From NCBI GenBank assembly GCA_009103225.1, contig RHPI01001715.1, positions 62,001 through 126,000 of the forward strand: 64,000 nt of DNA, in the 5' to 3' direction. Below are positions 21,504 to 35,900 of this stretch, piece after piece. Numbering within the stretch: position 1 is the stretch's first letter; each line of letters opens with the position of its first letter. A program made the position numbers and the translations under genes. Origin of the DNA: Chlorokybus atmophyticus (Eukaryota; Plantae; Mesostigma and Chlorokybus algae). The notes under the pieces are model-generated. The model searched no databases, was not told where the DNA came from, and saw only the letters and a list, made by a program, of their open reading frames with translations.

Positions 21504-24500
21504 ATGCAGTCCTTCCTCCTTAACCCCACCAACAGCAGCAACGACATTGCCAGCAAGGAATCGCTGCCCAGACAACACCAGGCTGTCTACGCCAGGGGCG
21601 ACGTGCCAGGTTAGTTGCCCTTTCACACACTCTCGTCATCCCAGCGCTTTGATATGGAGTAACAGCTGCACCCAGTGCAGATGTGAAGCCCAAATTACTA
21701 CATTTGCATAACACACTAACGCACATTGCTATGGGTACCGTGCAAACCGCAAGAAAGATTAAACCGGCCTGCTGCCTGCAGACCGGTTTCTTCTCTTTTC
21801 TTGGGTGTGCTGGCGCATTGCATGTTGGCGATGTATTTGTTAGGGTCCATCAACCGCGTCTCGCGTCTGACTTCTATATTTCTTGTTTTTCTGTTGTTCA
21901 ATTACCATGTTCAGCCCAACACATCCACAACTTGCTTCTGCAAGCTCGCAAACGTTGGCTGAAGGCCCACGAAGTTTTGGACCTTCTTACGCACTACCGC
22001 CGCTTCGACCTCAAGCTCAGCGAGGAAGCACCTGTGCGCCCGCCAGGTGGTTGTCATCACCATCACCATCACCATTGTTATCACCATCATTCAGAATGGC
22101 GTGGTCATCATTGCTGCACAGCAACTACAAGGCTCTGGGAAATCTGGTGCCATATGCACATCAACAACAGACTCTACAACACTATTGGCATGTTGAGGTC
22201 GCAATTGACAGCAGTTTGGCCTGTTGTGTTGCAGGTGGATCATTGTACCTGTTTGATCGCAAGAATGTCCGGTACTTCCGCAAAGATGGCTACAACTGGA
22301 AGAAGAAAAAGGATGGCAAAACTGTCAAGGAGACCCATGAGAAGCTCAAGGTGAATGTTGTATATGCGCAGTGTTCCGCAATAACGCAATGAGATTCTTG
22401 TGCCCAACTTAAGTTGCTGACAATCAACTCGACAACCCCACTGTAACGTTACAATTTCTAGGTTGACAATGTGGATGCTTTGAACTGCTACTACGCCCAT
22501 TCTGAAGAAGATGACCGGTTTCAGCGACGCTCTTACTGGCTGCTGGAAGGGTGAGCGTCAGGGTCAAGGTCTTGCCAGTGCAGCGTTGTGCATTCAGTGG
22601 TCTGTCATCAAGTTTCTGCTCGCTCGCACAACTGACATCTGTCCGTCTACATGCAGTGACGACAACACCGTGCTGGTTCACTACCTGGAAGTTGAGGTGC
22701 GATGTTTTGGCAACGCATGCTTTGCATGCTACAGTTGTCTGTGTGTGGCTGCTGACCCCATTATGTGGCACCAGGGCGACCCACCCAACCTGGCACGTGC
22801 TCAACGAGCGGCACCCGCTACGGACATCGCCACCAACAACATGTTTAAAGGCGGGCGGTCAGAGGCGGTGCCGCTGCTGCCTGCATCGCACAAGAACATG
22901 GCAGGCGAGCCCTCTCGCGGAGCAGGAGGTCAGCAGCAGCAGCAGCAGCGCGCTCCAGCAGAACGGTCCAGATCACTGCCCCAGCCGCCAGCTGAGGGCA
23001 TGCCGCCCCACCAGCTTGTGGACGGAGCTGGCCACCGCAGGAACTACAGTGCTGATGCAGTTGGACAACCATCAGGTGTGGCGCAGCCAGGCTCGTCGTT
23101 GCTCTCGCAGCACACTGCGGCCGCTCAGACCCAACGCACAAGTCCGCAGCAGCACAAGTCTGCATCACAGCATATGGATTCAAACCTTGCCTGGGACCCG
23201 CTAGCACAGGTCAGCATGGATGAAGCGGGTTTTGTGTGTCCTTGCGCTTTGTGTGCATTCTGCATTCTCATCACTTTTGGCATGTTTGTTATGGCAGGTG
23301 CATGCTGGCAAGTTGGGGGGCGCTCGTAATGATGGATGGCAACAGCGTCCCTCTCGCCTTCATCCAACTGTATCAAATGCGCAAATGGGGCGAGTGGCCC
23401 CATCACCTCCTCAAGTTGTTGCCAAGTTGTCGATTGCACAGCAGCCTCAGCAGCAGCAGGTTGCACAGCAGGCACAGCAATCATTCCAGTATCGGCAGCA
23501 GGCAAAGTCGCCACTGCAGCAGCATGACCAGCAGTATGATCAGGGGCAGTGGGTACAGCAGACTCAACAGCAGCAGCAGCGACAGCAACCACAGCCAGAA
23601 CTGCATCGCCAGCAAGCACAGTTGCTAGAGCAGCAGCAGCAGCAGCAGCAGTTATATCCACTGCAGATGCAGCAGCAGGCATGGCAGCAGTCGCTACAAC
23701 AAGGAGCTCACACTGAACCGCAACCAAGGCAGGTGTTCAAAAGTGAGGAGTGGTCTCATATGATGAAGCAGCCACCCGCGCAGCAGCAGCCGCAGCACCT
23801 GCACCCGCACCCGAATTCGCAGCTCATGCATCATCACCATCAGCAGCAGCAGTCCTCGCAATGGCCACGCATGGAACCTGCTGTTGTTGCACCGTATGCC
23901 CAGCAGCAGGGCGTGCTGCCACAGACTGTGCGTGGTTCGAGCTCTGCAATGCAGCAGTGGCAGTCACTGCAGGTGCAGCAGCAGCCTTCACTGCCAAGTC
24001 ACTTGGGGACTAGAGTCGTCGCACTGTCCGGCCCCCAACTGCACCGCCACCCATCACCACAACCTTCAAACCAGACGTTTGGCATGGAACCCGTTGACTA
24101 CACGGCTGCCATTCAGGATCCGGCACGCCTGCTGGCGGGTTCCACTGAAGGCAATCCCTGGCAGCGCAGTATGCTAGAAACCTGGAACGCTCTGAGTGGC
24201 CGGCAAGGCAGTGGTGTGCTGTTACCGGCTGAGCATGACATCATCCAGGGAGAGTCTGAAATTTCTGACCTCCTAAACGATGGTGAGCATGTTGATCTGA
24301 CTGTGTTCAACCCTCGGCATCTTGCTGTTAATCAGCCTGTGTATTCAAGTTGTGCATGGCCAAATGACAATTTGCGGTCTCTGCCAGCTCCGGATTTTCC
24401 ACTCGAGAATGTGGATGAATGGCTGCCGGCTTTGTTCCTCAACTCGACGCAGGATGGCATCGCAGCTGAGAGTCCCCTGACTGCAGTCAGCTTGGACCCT

Positions 24501-27500
24501 GCTGTGCTGGCTTCTCCAGGGATCACTCCCAACAGCAGTGCCAGCAGCGGCCCAAGCTCTTGGTTCGATGTCCCTCCTACAGAAGCCAGTGGAGACACTT
24601 TGCTAGACATCTTCAACACCCAGTCCTCGGGCCTGGTAAGGAAGTTCGGTACACACTGCCATGTATTTACATGGTTGGGCTGGCCCACAGGCTCCATGGC
24701 CTACCTGTGAACATATCCTTTTAACATATCTGCTTTGTTCCCCAGGACGCACAGCTCATGGCTATTCAGACCCAACAGGAGGCGCTGCTGACAAAGGTAA
24801 GCGTGACCGACGTGCCGTCTGCTAGGGGTTCAAAGCAGCTTGTCGAGCAATGGCACTTGACGCAGCGTGTTGGTTTGTTTGCAGATAGACTTAGATCTGT
24901 TGCTGAAGAATGTGCCACCACCGGAAGTTCGCGAGCTAGCAGAAGCGGAGCTGCAATCCCTGACGTATGTTGAATGCGCTGTACAGGACACGTGCAAAGA
25001 CTTGTTTGCTGCTTTCTCGTTGTATCTGACGTGCGGGTTCTTGCAGGGCTCGCGTGGAAGCACTCCAACCGGCAATCAGCGATCTGCAGGCCGCAGCGGG
25101 TACGGATGCAGGTGCGGCATTGGTACATTTGTGTTACTGGCAGTGCGCAGCGCCAGCTTGCGCCCTGACAGATCTGTTTGCTCCTGTGTACAGACATGGA
25201 GCCGTCCAGCTTATCGGCGGCAGTTGACAGCACGCGCACACTGACTGTTGATGTTGTGGCCCTCACTCTTCGCAACATGGAGGTCGCAGCCGCGCCAGCA
25301 GGTGCAGCGATGAACGATGCACAGCCGCTGCTTGCTGCAGTTGCGGTGGTGGATCCATCATCTGCTAAAACTCGAGGGGATGTGCGGCGGACCGTAAGCA
25401 ATTTGGCGCCGCGGGGCCTTGGCATGGATGCCCTCAGGGAGATGGGTGAGGATGTTACGCTTGCCACCAAGGTGTTGGCAACTCCAAGTGGTGGCGATGG
25501 GTTGCACACCTCCTCGATGCGCGAAAGCGGTATCGACCTCCTGCATGGAGGATCAGGGAGTCCATTGAACCCTGCAAGCCCTGCCGACGAGGTGACCAGT
25601 CCCGCTCGCTCTGCTGAGTTGCTGGATGCGTCGCGCTGGCAGTTCCAGATTGCGGACTTCAACCCGGAGTGGGACGCAACAACTGGTGGTGCCAAGGTAC
25701 ATCAGCGCTGCTTCCTTCATGCTTTGTGCAGCTGGCGGGCGTTGTGCTTGCATGTTGCCAGCCTTTGGCTTAGCTGGTGTGTGTTTTTGGCGTGCAGGTG
25801 CTGATTGTTGGGCAATTTGTTGCACCGCAAGATGTGATGAGTGACGCCACGAGCCGTCCTGCACCGAAGGCAGTTGTGCCGCCTGCAGGCCCATTCTGGT
25901 GCATCTTTGGGGAGAAAAAGGTCTCTGCCGAACTGATTGCAGCAGGAGTGATCCGCTGCAGAGCTCCGGAGCATCAGCCCGGCCGTGCACGGCTGCTACT
26001 TCTCGGGCCGGACGGTTTGCCGTGCAGCGAGGAGCAGACATTTGAGTTTCGTGGGCCGCCTGTGGCGAGCAGCCCATCCGCTGCTGCACCCATCCTGCCG
26101 CCGCATCAGAGGCGCACCCACGAGCAGCGGCGGACCCCACCGCTGAACAAGGAGGACAGGGAGGCCACCATGGATCGCGCATTCCAGCTGGTGCTCATCA
26201 AGACGCTTTTGGAGAATGGAGGTGCCGCCCTCGTGAAGCTGGACAAGCACGAGGCGAGCGACATGGACTTGAGCGACGCAGGCGGCGAGGCTTTTGCAGA
26301 CAAGCCTTCACGAGAGGTGATCCATGCAGCGCAGAGCAAGCTGATCTCGATGGAGCGTGCGAAGCTGGAGCGCCTGCTGCCCGCCCTCCTCCACCGCTGG
26401 CTACGGAAGTATGTGCTGCCCGCGCTTCCTCGCAAGGTTGCGCGAGGCGGTCAGAAGAGCCGCCTGTCTTTGCCCCTCAACCGCAAGGATGCTGCCGGGT
26501 TTGCTGCGCTGCACGCTGTTGCAGCACTGGATTATGACTGGGCTGTTGCGACTCTTGTTGTGGCTGGCGCGGACGTTTCCGTTCGCGACAGGCGAGGCAG
26601 AACGCCTCTGCATTGGGCTGCAGCGCGGGGCAGGTATGTGCAAGTGCTCGCGCCACTGCATGCAACAGCGCTCATTGGTTCCAAGAAGCATTGCCCCAAT
26701 TGCCTGCTGTTTTGTCTCAGGTTATGAGTGCTGGGCTTGAACCAAATGTGTATGGTGCAGGGAGAAGACTGTCGCAGCTTTGTTGGCGGCCGGTGCCATC
26801 CCCGGATCTTTAACCAGACATGGGTCTAGAGGATGCAGGTATGGTGCTTGCACATGCAGAGAATACGGGAAGTAGGTTGGCTAAATTGTCCAGCCCTCAC
26901 ACTTGCAACGCGCAATGCAGCCCTGCGGACCTGGCGGCAGCTGCTGGACATCACGGGATTGCAGCCTTCCTCGCTGAAGCAGCCCTCAACCGCTCGCTGG
27001 CTGCCATGAGCCTGGTGGACCGAAAGAAAATGAGCATGATGCCCTCAGCTCTCGCACATAGGCGAAGCGGCAGCGACCCACAGATGCTGGCGGGCGCGCG
27101 CGTGAGCGAGCCCGCAAACCCATCCGCTGTGGCGGCCGGCAGCGGCATGGATGTCGTGGGTCTGAGCGAGCAACGCGTGCATGAGGAGGAAGCAGCTGAC
27201 ACGCTGCCCCCACTCCCAACAAACCTAAACGCGCACCAGTTGAGCGACTTACTAACCCGCAAGCGTGCAAGACGCATCTGGGCAGGTGCGATGAGCAGCG
27301 AGGGGGAGCAGGACTCAGAGGTGGAGGCCGCCAGCGCGCTGGCCAAAGCCATGACGGCCGCCAGCACCATCCAGTCGGCGTACCGTAACCACAAGCTGCA
27401 GCAGGAGGCATCGGAGCAGCAGCATGCAGCTGCCACCAAAATTCAGGCCGCGTTCCGAACGTACCAGGAACGCAAGCTGTACCTTGGCCTCCGTGATCGC

Positions 27501-28417
27501 ATTGTCCATCTGCAGGTTAGGCTGCGGTCATGTCTGCTGTGCATGGGAGTTGTGGATGTGACATGTAATTATTGTCAATTTACCGCCACCCTGGTCTGAT
27601 ATTCATGGGGTATCCAGGCCAATGTGCGGGCGTATCTGGAACGCACGCGTCTCCACAAGAGGTCCACAAACGCACTTGGTGCCCCCTCTCGCCGCGGACG
27701 AGATGAAGCGGGTCACCCACGGCACCGACGGAGGAGGTCATCCGGTCATTTGAACTTGGAACTCGATGGGAGGGAAGGCGAACGGGAAGATGACGAGTTG
27801 CAAGCCTGGGAGCGAAAGGACAGGCAGCGTCGGCAAGAGAAAAAGAGCTGGAGTGGCGACAGCGACGAGGGGTCTCCTGTCAGGTGATTTGCTGCTGCAG
27901 GGGGCGCACAGTGACATTGAGTCTATCTCTTCACCGCTTGTGACTGTAGCAATAGTAGGTATCAAAGTTGCATGTGTGTAACCAGTCGTGTCATTGCATG
28001 CAGGCGCACGCCGCCACGCCGCAGCCCTGCTCGGCAGCCTGCGGTGGACACCCCTGTGCAGAGTGCCATGGAAGAAGGTAGTGATGAAGACGAAGATGTG
28101 GACAATGACAGATATGGGGAAGTTGGCGACTTTAGTGAGGACACGGACAATCCATCTCGGCAAGATCGCAGTGAGGCAATGCTGGAAGAAGCCGTGCGCA
28201 AGATACAGGCGATTGTGCGGTGCAAGCAGACGAGAGCGCAGTATCTCCGCCTGAGATCCGCTGCCCTCACACTGCAGGTTCGCGCCCCTTTTTCCTGTCA
28301 ACATCATTGCAACACTTGATGGTTAGTGTCCTAACGCTGACACCTCTGATTTGGTCTTGGCAGTCCGAGTTTCGCGGAAAGGCAGCCAAAAAGAAGCAGA
28401 AACGAACTGGCTTGTAA
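21504..28417 (+). CDS. CAMTA: Calmodulin-binding transcription activator (CG-1, poly-Q region, TIG/IPT, ankyrin repeats, IQ motifs)
   Basis: CG-1: ARKRWLKAHEV, GSLYLFDRKNVRYFRKDGYNWKKKKDGKTVKETHEKLK|VDNVDALNCYYAH...FQRRSYWLLE|..TVLVHYLEV. TIG: FQIADFNPEW...GGAK|VLIVG...GVIRCRAPEHQPG. ANK: GFAALH, GRTPLHWAAARG. IQ: TIQSAYRNHK, KIQAAFRTYQ, EEAVRKIQAIVR...AQYLRL. Stop TAA at 28415-28417. Confidence 0.96.
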
Positions 28418-30881
28418 TGCGAGACCGATAGGCTGCCCACATAAAAGCGTTAGGGGAGATGAGTAATTGCACGCACACGTATGCACTGTGCCGTTTTGCA
28501 CCATACATGCACAGATGTTGTATAACAACTAGTGGCGGACGGATACTGGGTCAGACCTTCACGTCAACTTGCCTTCAAGAATACAGCTTGCACCAGGTTG
28601 GCAACTGCAAGCAAAGCTTCCACGGAGTACACGGGTTGTGCTGTTGTGCACTAACACATATTCTGAAACAGGTTGTATGGTTGCTGACTGAAGGTTACCA
28701 CCGCCCATTGTCTACACTGCTAGGTATAGTATTACGAGCATAGGATGTTTGCATCAGTATATTTATGTATAGTTAATTTAATAAACAGGCTTTCAGTCAT
28801 CCTGACGGGTTGTTGTATTTGGCACCAAGACACTGCCAATTTTTGAACACCAGCCGTGGCAGACTGCCTACAGCTAGGTGAATAGGTCCCTTAAATAACA
28901 AGATCGCAAGCTTATTACGATGCCTAGCCCACTGCACTCTTTCTTTGTTTTGGTTGAGGTTAGTTGCGAAGGTGCATTGCAGTGGAACGAAGGTGGATGC
29001 AGCTGTGATACAGGTTGATTGACGTAAGAACGCTTAAAGCACAGCTTGGGGGACCATTGTAGCATTTATGGTATTCAAGCACATGCCAAATTATACTATG
29101 ACCGACATGATCATACACAGCATATTATGTAATGCAACATCCGCAACATAAAGTGCATTTGCCATGCTAGTCATTCAAAACATCAGGTAGCAGAAAGTAG
29201 TGAACAGCCAATAAAGTGAGGTAATGGCAGAACCTAATGTGCTTGTCTAAAAGTTGTTGATAAGTTGATAACGATGAACATCTTATTATGCCACGAGCAT
29301 GTACTATGTAATGGTATGAGAACAATTGTCATGAGGCATACTTTTCATCCTGTTGTTATGCTTGGACGAAGAAACGCGCATGTGAAAGCTGCGCGGGTAC
29401 CGTGTTAATGCTGACAACCAAGCATACAATTGATGTGATTGAGCAATACTTAGATTCACAATCAATTGTGTGAACTTTGACATGCGGAGGAGTACATGAT
29501 CCCGCAACTCAGGAAGAACAATTGCTAATGAATATCCTGCTTGCCATCTATGGTAAAGGGATGTGCTACGCGTTAAAGCTTGCTTTGCAGCAATGCGTTA
29601 CATGTGAGTATGTTTAGGTAGAAGCCAACACACTAATTGCACTTTTTCGATCAGCAAAACATGATATGGTGCTCGGGTTGCACTATAATTTATACACACG
29701 CAAAGAATGCATTATGCATTCGTTGCGTGTGTATGACGTGTGTGTAATGCATGCTTGTAAGTTTGCACTAATAAGTTACTATTTTGTAATCAAGATTTGC
29801 ACATGCTTGCTGCAGGCATGCTGCAACCAGGTCTGCCGCTGGTTCAGAACTCAAGGCTAGTATTTGCAATCTGCTTGCTTATGCGTCTTTAATCAACCTC
29901 TTTGTACAATTGGCAATAGCATCACCTTCATGATATACATTTGCTTTATATCTCTACGGAAACCTTATATGTATGAGTTACATTGCAATTATGAATATGC
30001 ACATAATGATAAACATTAACTGCAGCATTGCTCGCACTAATTAGAAACTTGTTGAGATCGCATTGCTTTAGCATTATATAGACCATACATAAAAAGTGCC
30101 ACAGGCGGCTTGCAGCTGCACATCAGGACATTAAACAAGAGAGAGCAAGTAATGTTTCGCTTTTGTATGTGGATGTTGGTGTAACGGAAGTTCATTGTAA
30201 CAAAGCAAGTGTGAGCATGGGTGTGATGTGTGCAGTGACTAATGACATCATCGCTTGATTCGATAGCGTCATCGTGTACGATGCATCAAACATGCACATA
30301 TGTGGTTTGTGCATAAGCAATTAACTATCTTTTATCTCGCAATTTGACAACATACCAGAGATAAAAGTTTTGCAAAATCCCCATCATACTATAATGTTGT
30401 AGTAATGCATCGTTCGTAGAACGAGGTGGTTTAGCACAACAAGCCTTTTTGTTGGAATAGGCCCATGTAACGCCGGTTATTGAGCTTGAAGAGTTGGGTT
30501 CAGAGGGCTTATAAAGCATTACTAAGCACTATACAACCTCTCGTGGTATTGCCTTTTGCTACCATGACCAGTCGGCTAAGCCCCCCTTAGCGCCAATGCA
30601 ATCTCAAGGCCTTCACACATTCGTATGCGGACCTGTCATAACAGGTTGAATAATTGTATATGTGTGACATCAGGATCTTGCCCTTCCCCTCCTTTTATAA
30701 TATCTGAAACAGAATGAATGCGCAAATTATGACAATTGATTAATATTTTTTCAAGAAAGTACATAAAATACGCATGACATCATGTGCAGCACTATTGTTT
30801 CAGATCGTTAGCGATGTATTCAGCATTGTACTATGTAGCAACGGCTGTATAATGCAATCTTTTCAATGAAAATCCCCCCGC

Positions 30882-30982
30882 NNNNNNNNNNNNNNNNNNN
30901 NNNNNNNNNNNNNNNNNNNNNNNNNNNNNNNNNNNNNNNNNNNNNNNNNNNNNNNNNNNNNNNNNNNNNNNNNNNNNNNNNN
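30882..30982. other. Assembly gap (N run)
   Basis: 101 N. Confidence 1.
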
Positions 30983-32940
30983 NGTTGCGGTGGTTAACCG
31001 AAGAGAGCACTCCCCCCTTGCCCTCCCTCCCACCCGCAGGCGCGGAGAGTCTTTCACAGTTGAATGAATAGAAAGATTGTAACTATACCATGTAGTCGTG
31101 GGGGGGCTATGATAGAGTGAATTTGTAGGTAACTTGTGTGATTTTGACCTTATTCGAGACGTTGTAGTGTCATGGGTTACCACGTGGACTACAAAGCAAT
31201 AATTTACATATAATTATTTTGTTTCAACTTATACGACAAGCATTACTGATATTGTTCATCGTGTTGTAATACTTCCTCACATATTATAATAGTGTATACT
31301 ACAATTTGTGTACTACACAATGAGACTAGTAGTCTCTCATTGCTAACGGTGGAAACAAGTTGCGAGCATGGCGCAAGCGTCTATACCATCACGACAGTAT
31401 ATGCTCATTGCTTGAAGTCGCATTGTACATAAATCAAACCCTGGTTTGCGAATCCAAAACCGCCCCTGGCCCCAGTTCGTACTGCCCACTGCTGGCAGTT
31501 ATCAACTGGCGGCGCTGCTGTGATAGGTGGGGGATCATGCAAGCTGTGGTTGTTGTCTCGCCGCTACCTGCCTTTGCCATCTTCTACTGGATGTTGGTTT
31601 TGTTGGTAGTTTGTTGTGTCAGCACACTCGGTTAGGGGCTTGGGGCAGCCCTCAGCACGTGTGTATTGCTTGCCGTACTTATAATACTTGCAGTGTTTAT
31701 AATCACTTGGGCTTGTACTACTGCCGTGCTTCTTGTGTGCATATGTCTGCATAGCGTTGTGAGCATACAATCACATAATTGTTGAAGTGCAAGCAATCGA
31801 TGAATGATTATATGAAAGACATGACATATTTGGTAAAGTATAATCGAGATCATACAATCCCACCATGTATGTTCAGCAATGTCTCAAGAGTTATACATAT
31901 ACGTATGATAAGCTCCTCGTGTACATGTGCTTGAATAGAACTCACGCAGTTTAAAGTAAGCAACAACACCCTACTCATAAGGAGAAAAGAACATGGCAAG
32001 CTGTCACAACTGCATATAATGGACTCGCTTGCCACATAAGCCTTGAACATACGATTGCAACATGGTCCACTTTATTCCATCGGTAGCAACTTGAAAATTC
32101 TTTAAGGCGTCTTATGGTTACTTTTTATTAGACGTGCAGTAATCACTGACGGACAGCGTACAACCATAGGCACAATAGCTTATGGCCACAACATCACACA
32201 TACCATCACCATACACACCACAATAAATAATTCAAGCAAAATATTGCGCCCAAGGGCACATCCACAAACAAGATCAGGGCAATGCAATAACTAATACTCA
32301 ACACATGCTCCCGCTATCAATGCCGGATCTTGCCATGCATTAATACATAACACACATGAGTTGCGGTAAAGCAAGCTCAAAAAGTGGTTACAATGCACAT
32401 GCAACCATAGACAGCAACAAGATAGCGACAAGCAAACAAGAAGTAAGCAATCTCAGTGGGGGCCAAGACAGAGTTCAACGCTAGGACTGCAACTTAGGAC
32501 CTAGCGACCCTCAAGCAGCAACAGGGTGGCAGAAGGAGCAGGTCGGCAGCCTTTCTTGTCTTCACCGTCCTGACCTCTACTTCTACTCCCCTGCTATACT
32601 CTGCAGGTACAGCTATGCACTGCCCTGCCTACCAATCTCGGGTTACGCTGCCTGTCGTGCACATAAATATAACTGCAAATTCCCCTCTTCATTTCAGTTG
32701 TTCTTGCAAGTACATACAAAATAACTATCAACTACAAGTTGATAGATATTTTGTATGTGGTAGCTTATTCACATCCGTGATGTGTTGTCATATGTGTTTA
32801 CTTACACTCCGGACCCCTCCTTTTACTCTATCAGTAAGAGACATAAGCAACAGATTACTGCGTGCGTGTGCATCAATTGGTTTTAGCTAAACATGCCATT
32901 CAATGAGCCAATCCTACAAAGGTCGTTGTTGTCAGCCTTC

Positions 32941-35900
32941 TCATGCACCGTCTCGATTCGCCCACCTCTCGTCTACTGAAGAACCAGATGAGAATATGAT
33001 CGAGGGCAGCGTCCTTACGAGCAATGACCGACTGCGCCGGTGCCTGCATGAATTGATGCCTTGAGTCAGGTACAAAGCAATAACTCATGGTGCATTGTGC
33101 TTCACCAAGCATGAGCTGCACCACTCAAAACAAGGACAGGTGCCAAGGCTGTAAGTTACAGGCAACATACCTATTGGTTTCAACACTGCGCAGACTGTTG
33201 TTAGAAGTCGCCCGCAGGAGCGCTGGAACTGACTGCGCACTGCGTACGGACCCTTCTGGATCGCGATCGCGATCGCTGTCGCTGTCTGAACTGTGTGCTT
33301 CATGCGCTTCTGAAAGGCAGTCCGCCAATCGCATAGTAAGTCAGCAATGTGTGCGGAGCGCTGTGTGCCAGAGGCATATGGACAAAACAACAACAACACC
33401 CAATGATGTACGCACCGTCAGCAGAATGCGATTCCCCGGCACCTTGGTTGTTGCGGATCCATTCGGGCAGTGCAAAGGACAACCGCTCTCGCACCTTTCG
33501 CATTAGCTCCTGCTTCTTGTTGTTCGTCTCCAGGTGATCGTCAAATGCAGCACGGTCGGCTTCTGTCAACTGCTCCTCCACCTGAACAAGAAGTTCGCAA
33601 AACATAGCTTGAATGTCACGCCCCCTTGACCCTTGAAGTGCTGCCTGAAACACCACCACATCATCATTAACAGCAGCAGAGTGTTGTTCTAAGGCTCACC
33701 TGAGCTACCAGCGGCTCAAATACAGGCGAATGCCAAGCCTTGAGGCGCTGTAAGTTCCTTTGTGAGATGGTCAGTGACAGAGTGGCAGGCAGCATTCTCA
33801 AATTGCCATGAATTTACCGCTTTACCTGATACAGGTTGACCATGAGTATGTGCTGCTGCTCTGAGCTCAACCTCAGCGCGCGTCGATAGGCCTTCTGAGA
33901 ATGGGTTCGTGCACAGAAGGGTCAGCATGACTCAGCAACAAGCGCACATTGTGATGCCTGAAGAACATGCCTTTGTGATTATGAGCGTCTGGCATTGGGC
34001 ATTCTTTACTCGCACAGTGAACGGCTGCGCCGTATTGCACAACAATGCCACGTCCCCGAAAACGTCGCCTCGCTTGAGCTCGGTCACATGAGTGAGCTAC
34101 CACAATTGCTTCGAGTCAGATCTCCGAGCAGGCCATGATCACCACAGCTCATTATGCATGCATTGCAGACATACTGCGTCACTTGCAGAGTCAGGAGAAG
34201 TGAACAGGTCCTGCCGAGCAGCGTGGAAAAGCAAAGTTCAGATCAACTAACAATGCTAAGTAAGCAACGACCACAAAGCAACTCAACGCATACCACGCAA
34301 CCGGAGAGCATCATGTACAGCTCATTGCCAGCATCAATGTTTTCGAATAAGATGTAAGAGTTGGGCAGGAAGAACTCGGTTTTCGCATGGCACACCTGCA
34401 ACAGATGAATCCTGCTCACATATCAGGCAATGGCAAGACAAGCAGCTCACAATAATAGACTCTCCTACCAAATAATCTATGAAACCTTCTGTGCATCCTC
34501 TGAATAACCAGCAACCCCGCAGAAGCTTCAAATAGAGAAAGCGCGAGAGCCGTGTGCGCACATGCGACGGAACGTCCTGTAGTAGGTCCTGCTTATCAAA
34601 CCTGCGCTCAAATTGCAACTGCAGATGTTTCTCCATGTCTTGCCGCAGGTCAATGGGGACATTATTCCTCCTCATAAACATGTCCAGAAAATATGCCTTT
34701 TGCCTCTGCCAGGAACCAATGCCCAGTCATCATCATTTGCCAAAGAGCAATCACCACAAATCTCCCAAGGGATCCGTGTCACGCTTACGTAATCAAGCGT
34801 CAATGTGTCCTTCCTGGTGACCAACACGGTCATGTTGCCAATAAGGTAAGCCACAAGGCCCATGTTGAGGATGATCTCTATGGTGGTAAACAGCTTGTCG
34901 GCATTGCCGACAGCGTGGATGTCGCCAAAACCCACCGTGCTGATTGTGACAAAGACGTAGTACAGGGTTGTGATGTACTGCCCAGCAACCGCGCGTCACG
35001 ACAAAGAACTTGTTCGCGGGCCAAGTAACAATAGACCTAAGACGACCTGGTACAATGCACGCACATACTGCGTGACCTTGGCCGTACCTCGGAGATGAGA
35101 GCAGCATTTGGCAACTCTGGATCATTCAGCGTGAGGTATGAGCTTTGCACATCTGATATGACAGTGGCAATCCAGTACTGGATGCAAGCACTCCAGTGAG
35201 CCGCCAACAGCACGATCTGCAAGGAAGGGGATAGCCGCTATGTCACATGATGCCTTTACCCCACTAAGATATTTGTGCGCGATCCAGCTCTATGTCATGG
35301 GGCATTGCATGCGCACATGGTAATCCAAGTTGCATTCCAGGCCTCACCAATGCGAATCGCGCCACGCGTATCCAGAAGTAGTCCAGCTCCACATTGTTTT
35401 CCAGTCTAGATGAGACAAGACGAGAACATGTCAATGTCAGTTCAGCTGTAGCGCATCACGCAGATGTTACCGTTCAAAGAATGGCATCAGGCGATGTAGA
35501 CGAACCAGCCTGCTCAGCGCAAAATACTTCCAATGGTCGCTTCCCAAAACGACTATGAATACGTCCCAAGGAAATGAGGCAATAACATCAAACACAAAGC
35601 GCCCTGTCATATACCTGAAAACAGAGAGTATCAATGCACAGAGCACCTATCAAGCACGCAATCGTATGCATATGCCTGCAAGCACAGCAACAATTAGGAT
35701 AACACAGTCGCCTAATGTCAACTAAGCTCAGCTCACACATGCAATGTTGGCACTGCTTGCAGTTGACAAGTCAATGAAGAGCAGCTGTCATGCAGACAAA
35801 CATGCAGCACATGCAGTGCGAGCAAGTCGACACTTTGCGAGCACACGTAGCAGACAGTTGAGAACAGCGCAGTAGGATGCATGCATGATGACCCAATGAC

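Noticed and set aside
29290-29620. Cys-rich degenerate plus-strand frame (WYENNCHEAYFSSCC...)
   Set aside because: Short, interrupted, and no recognisable family.
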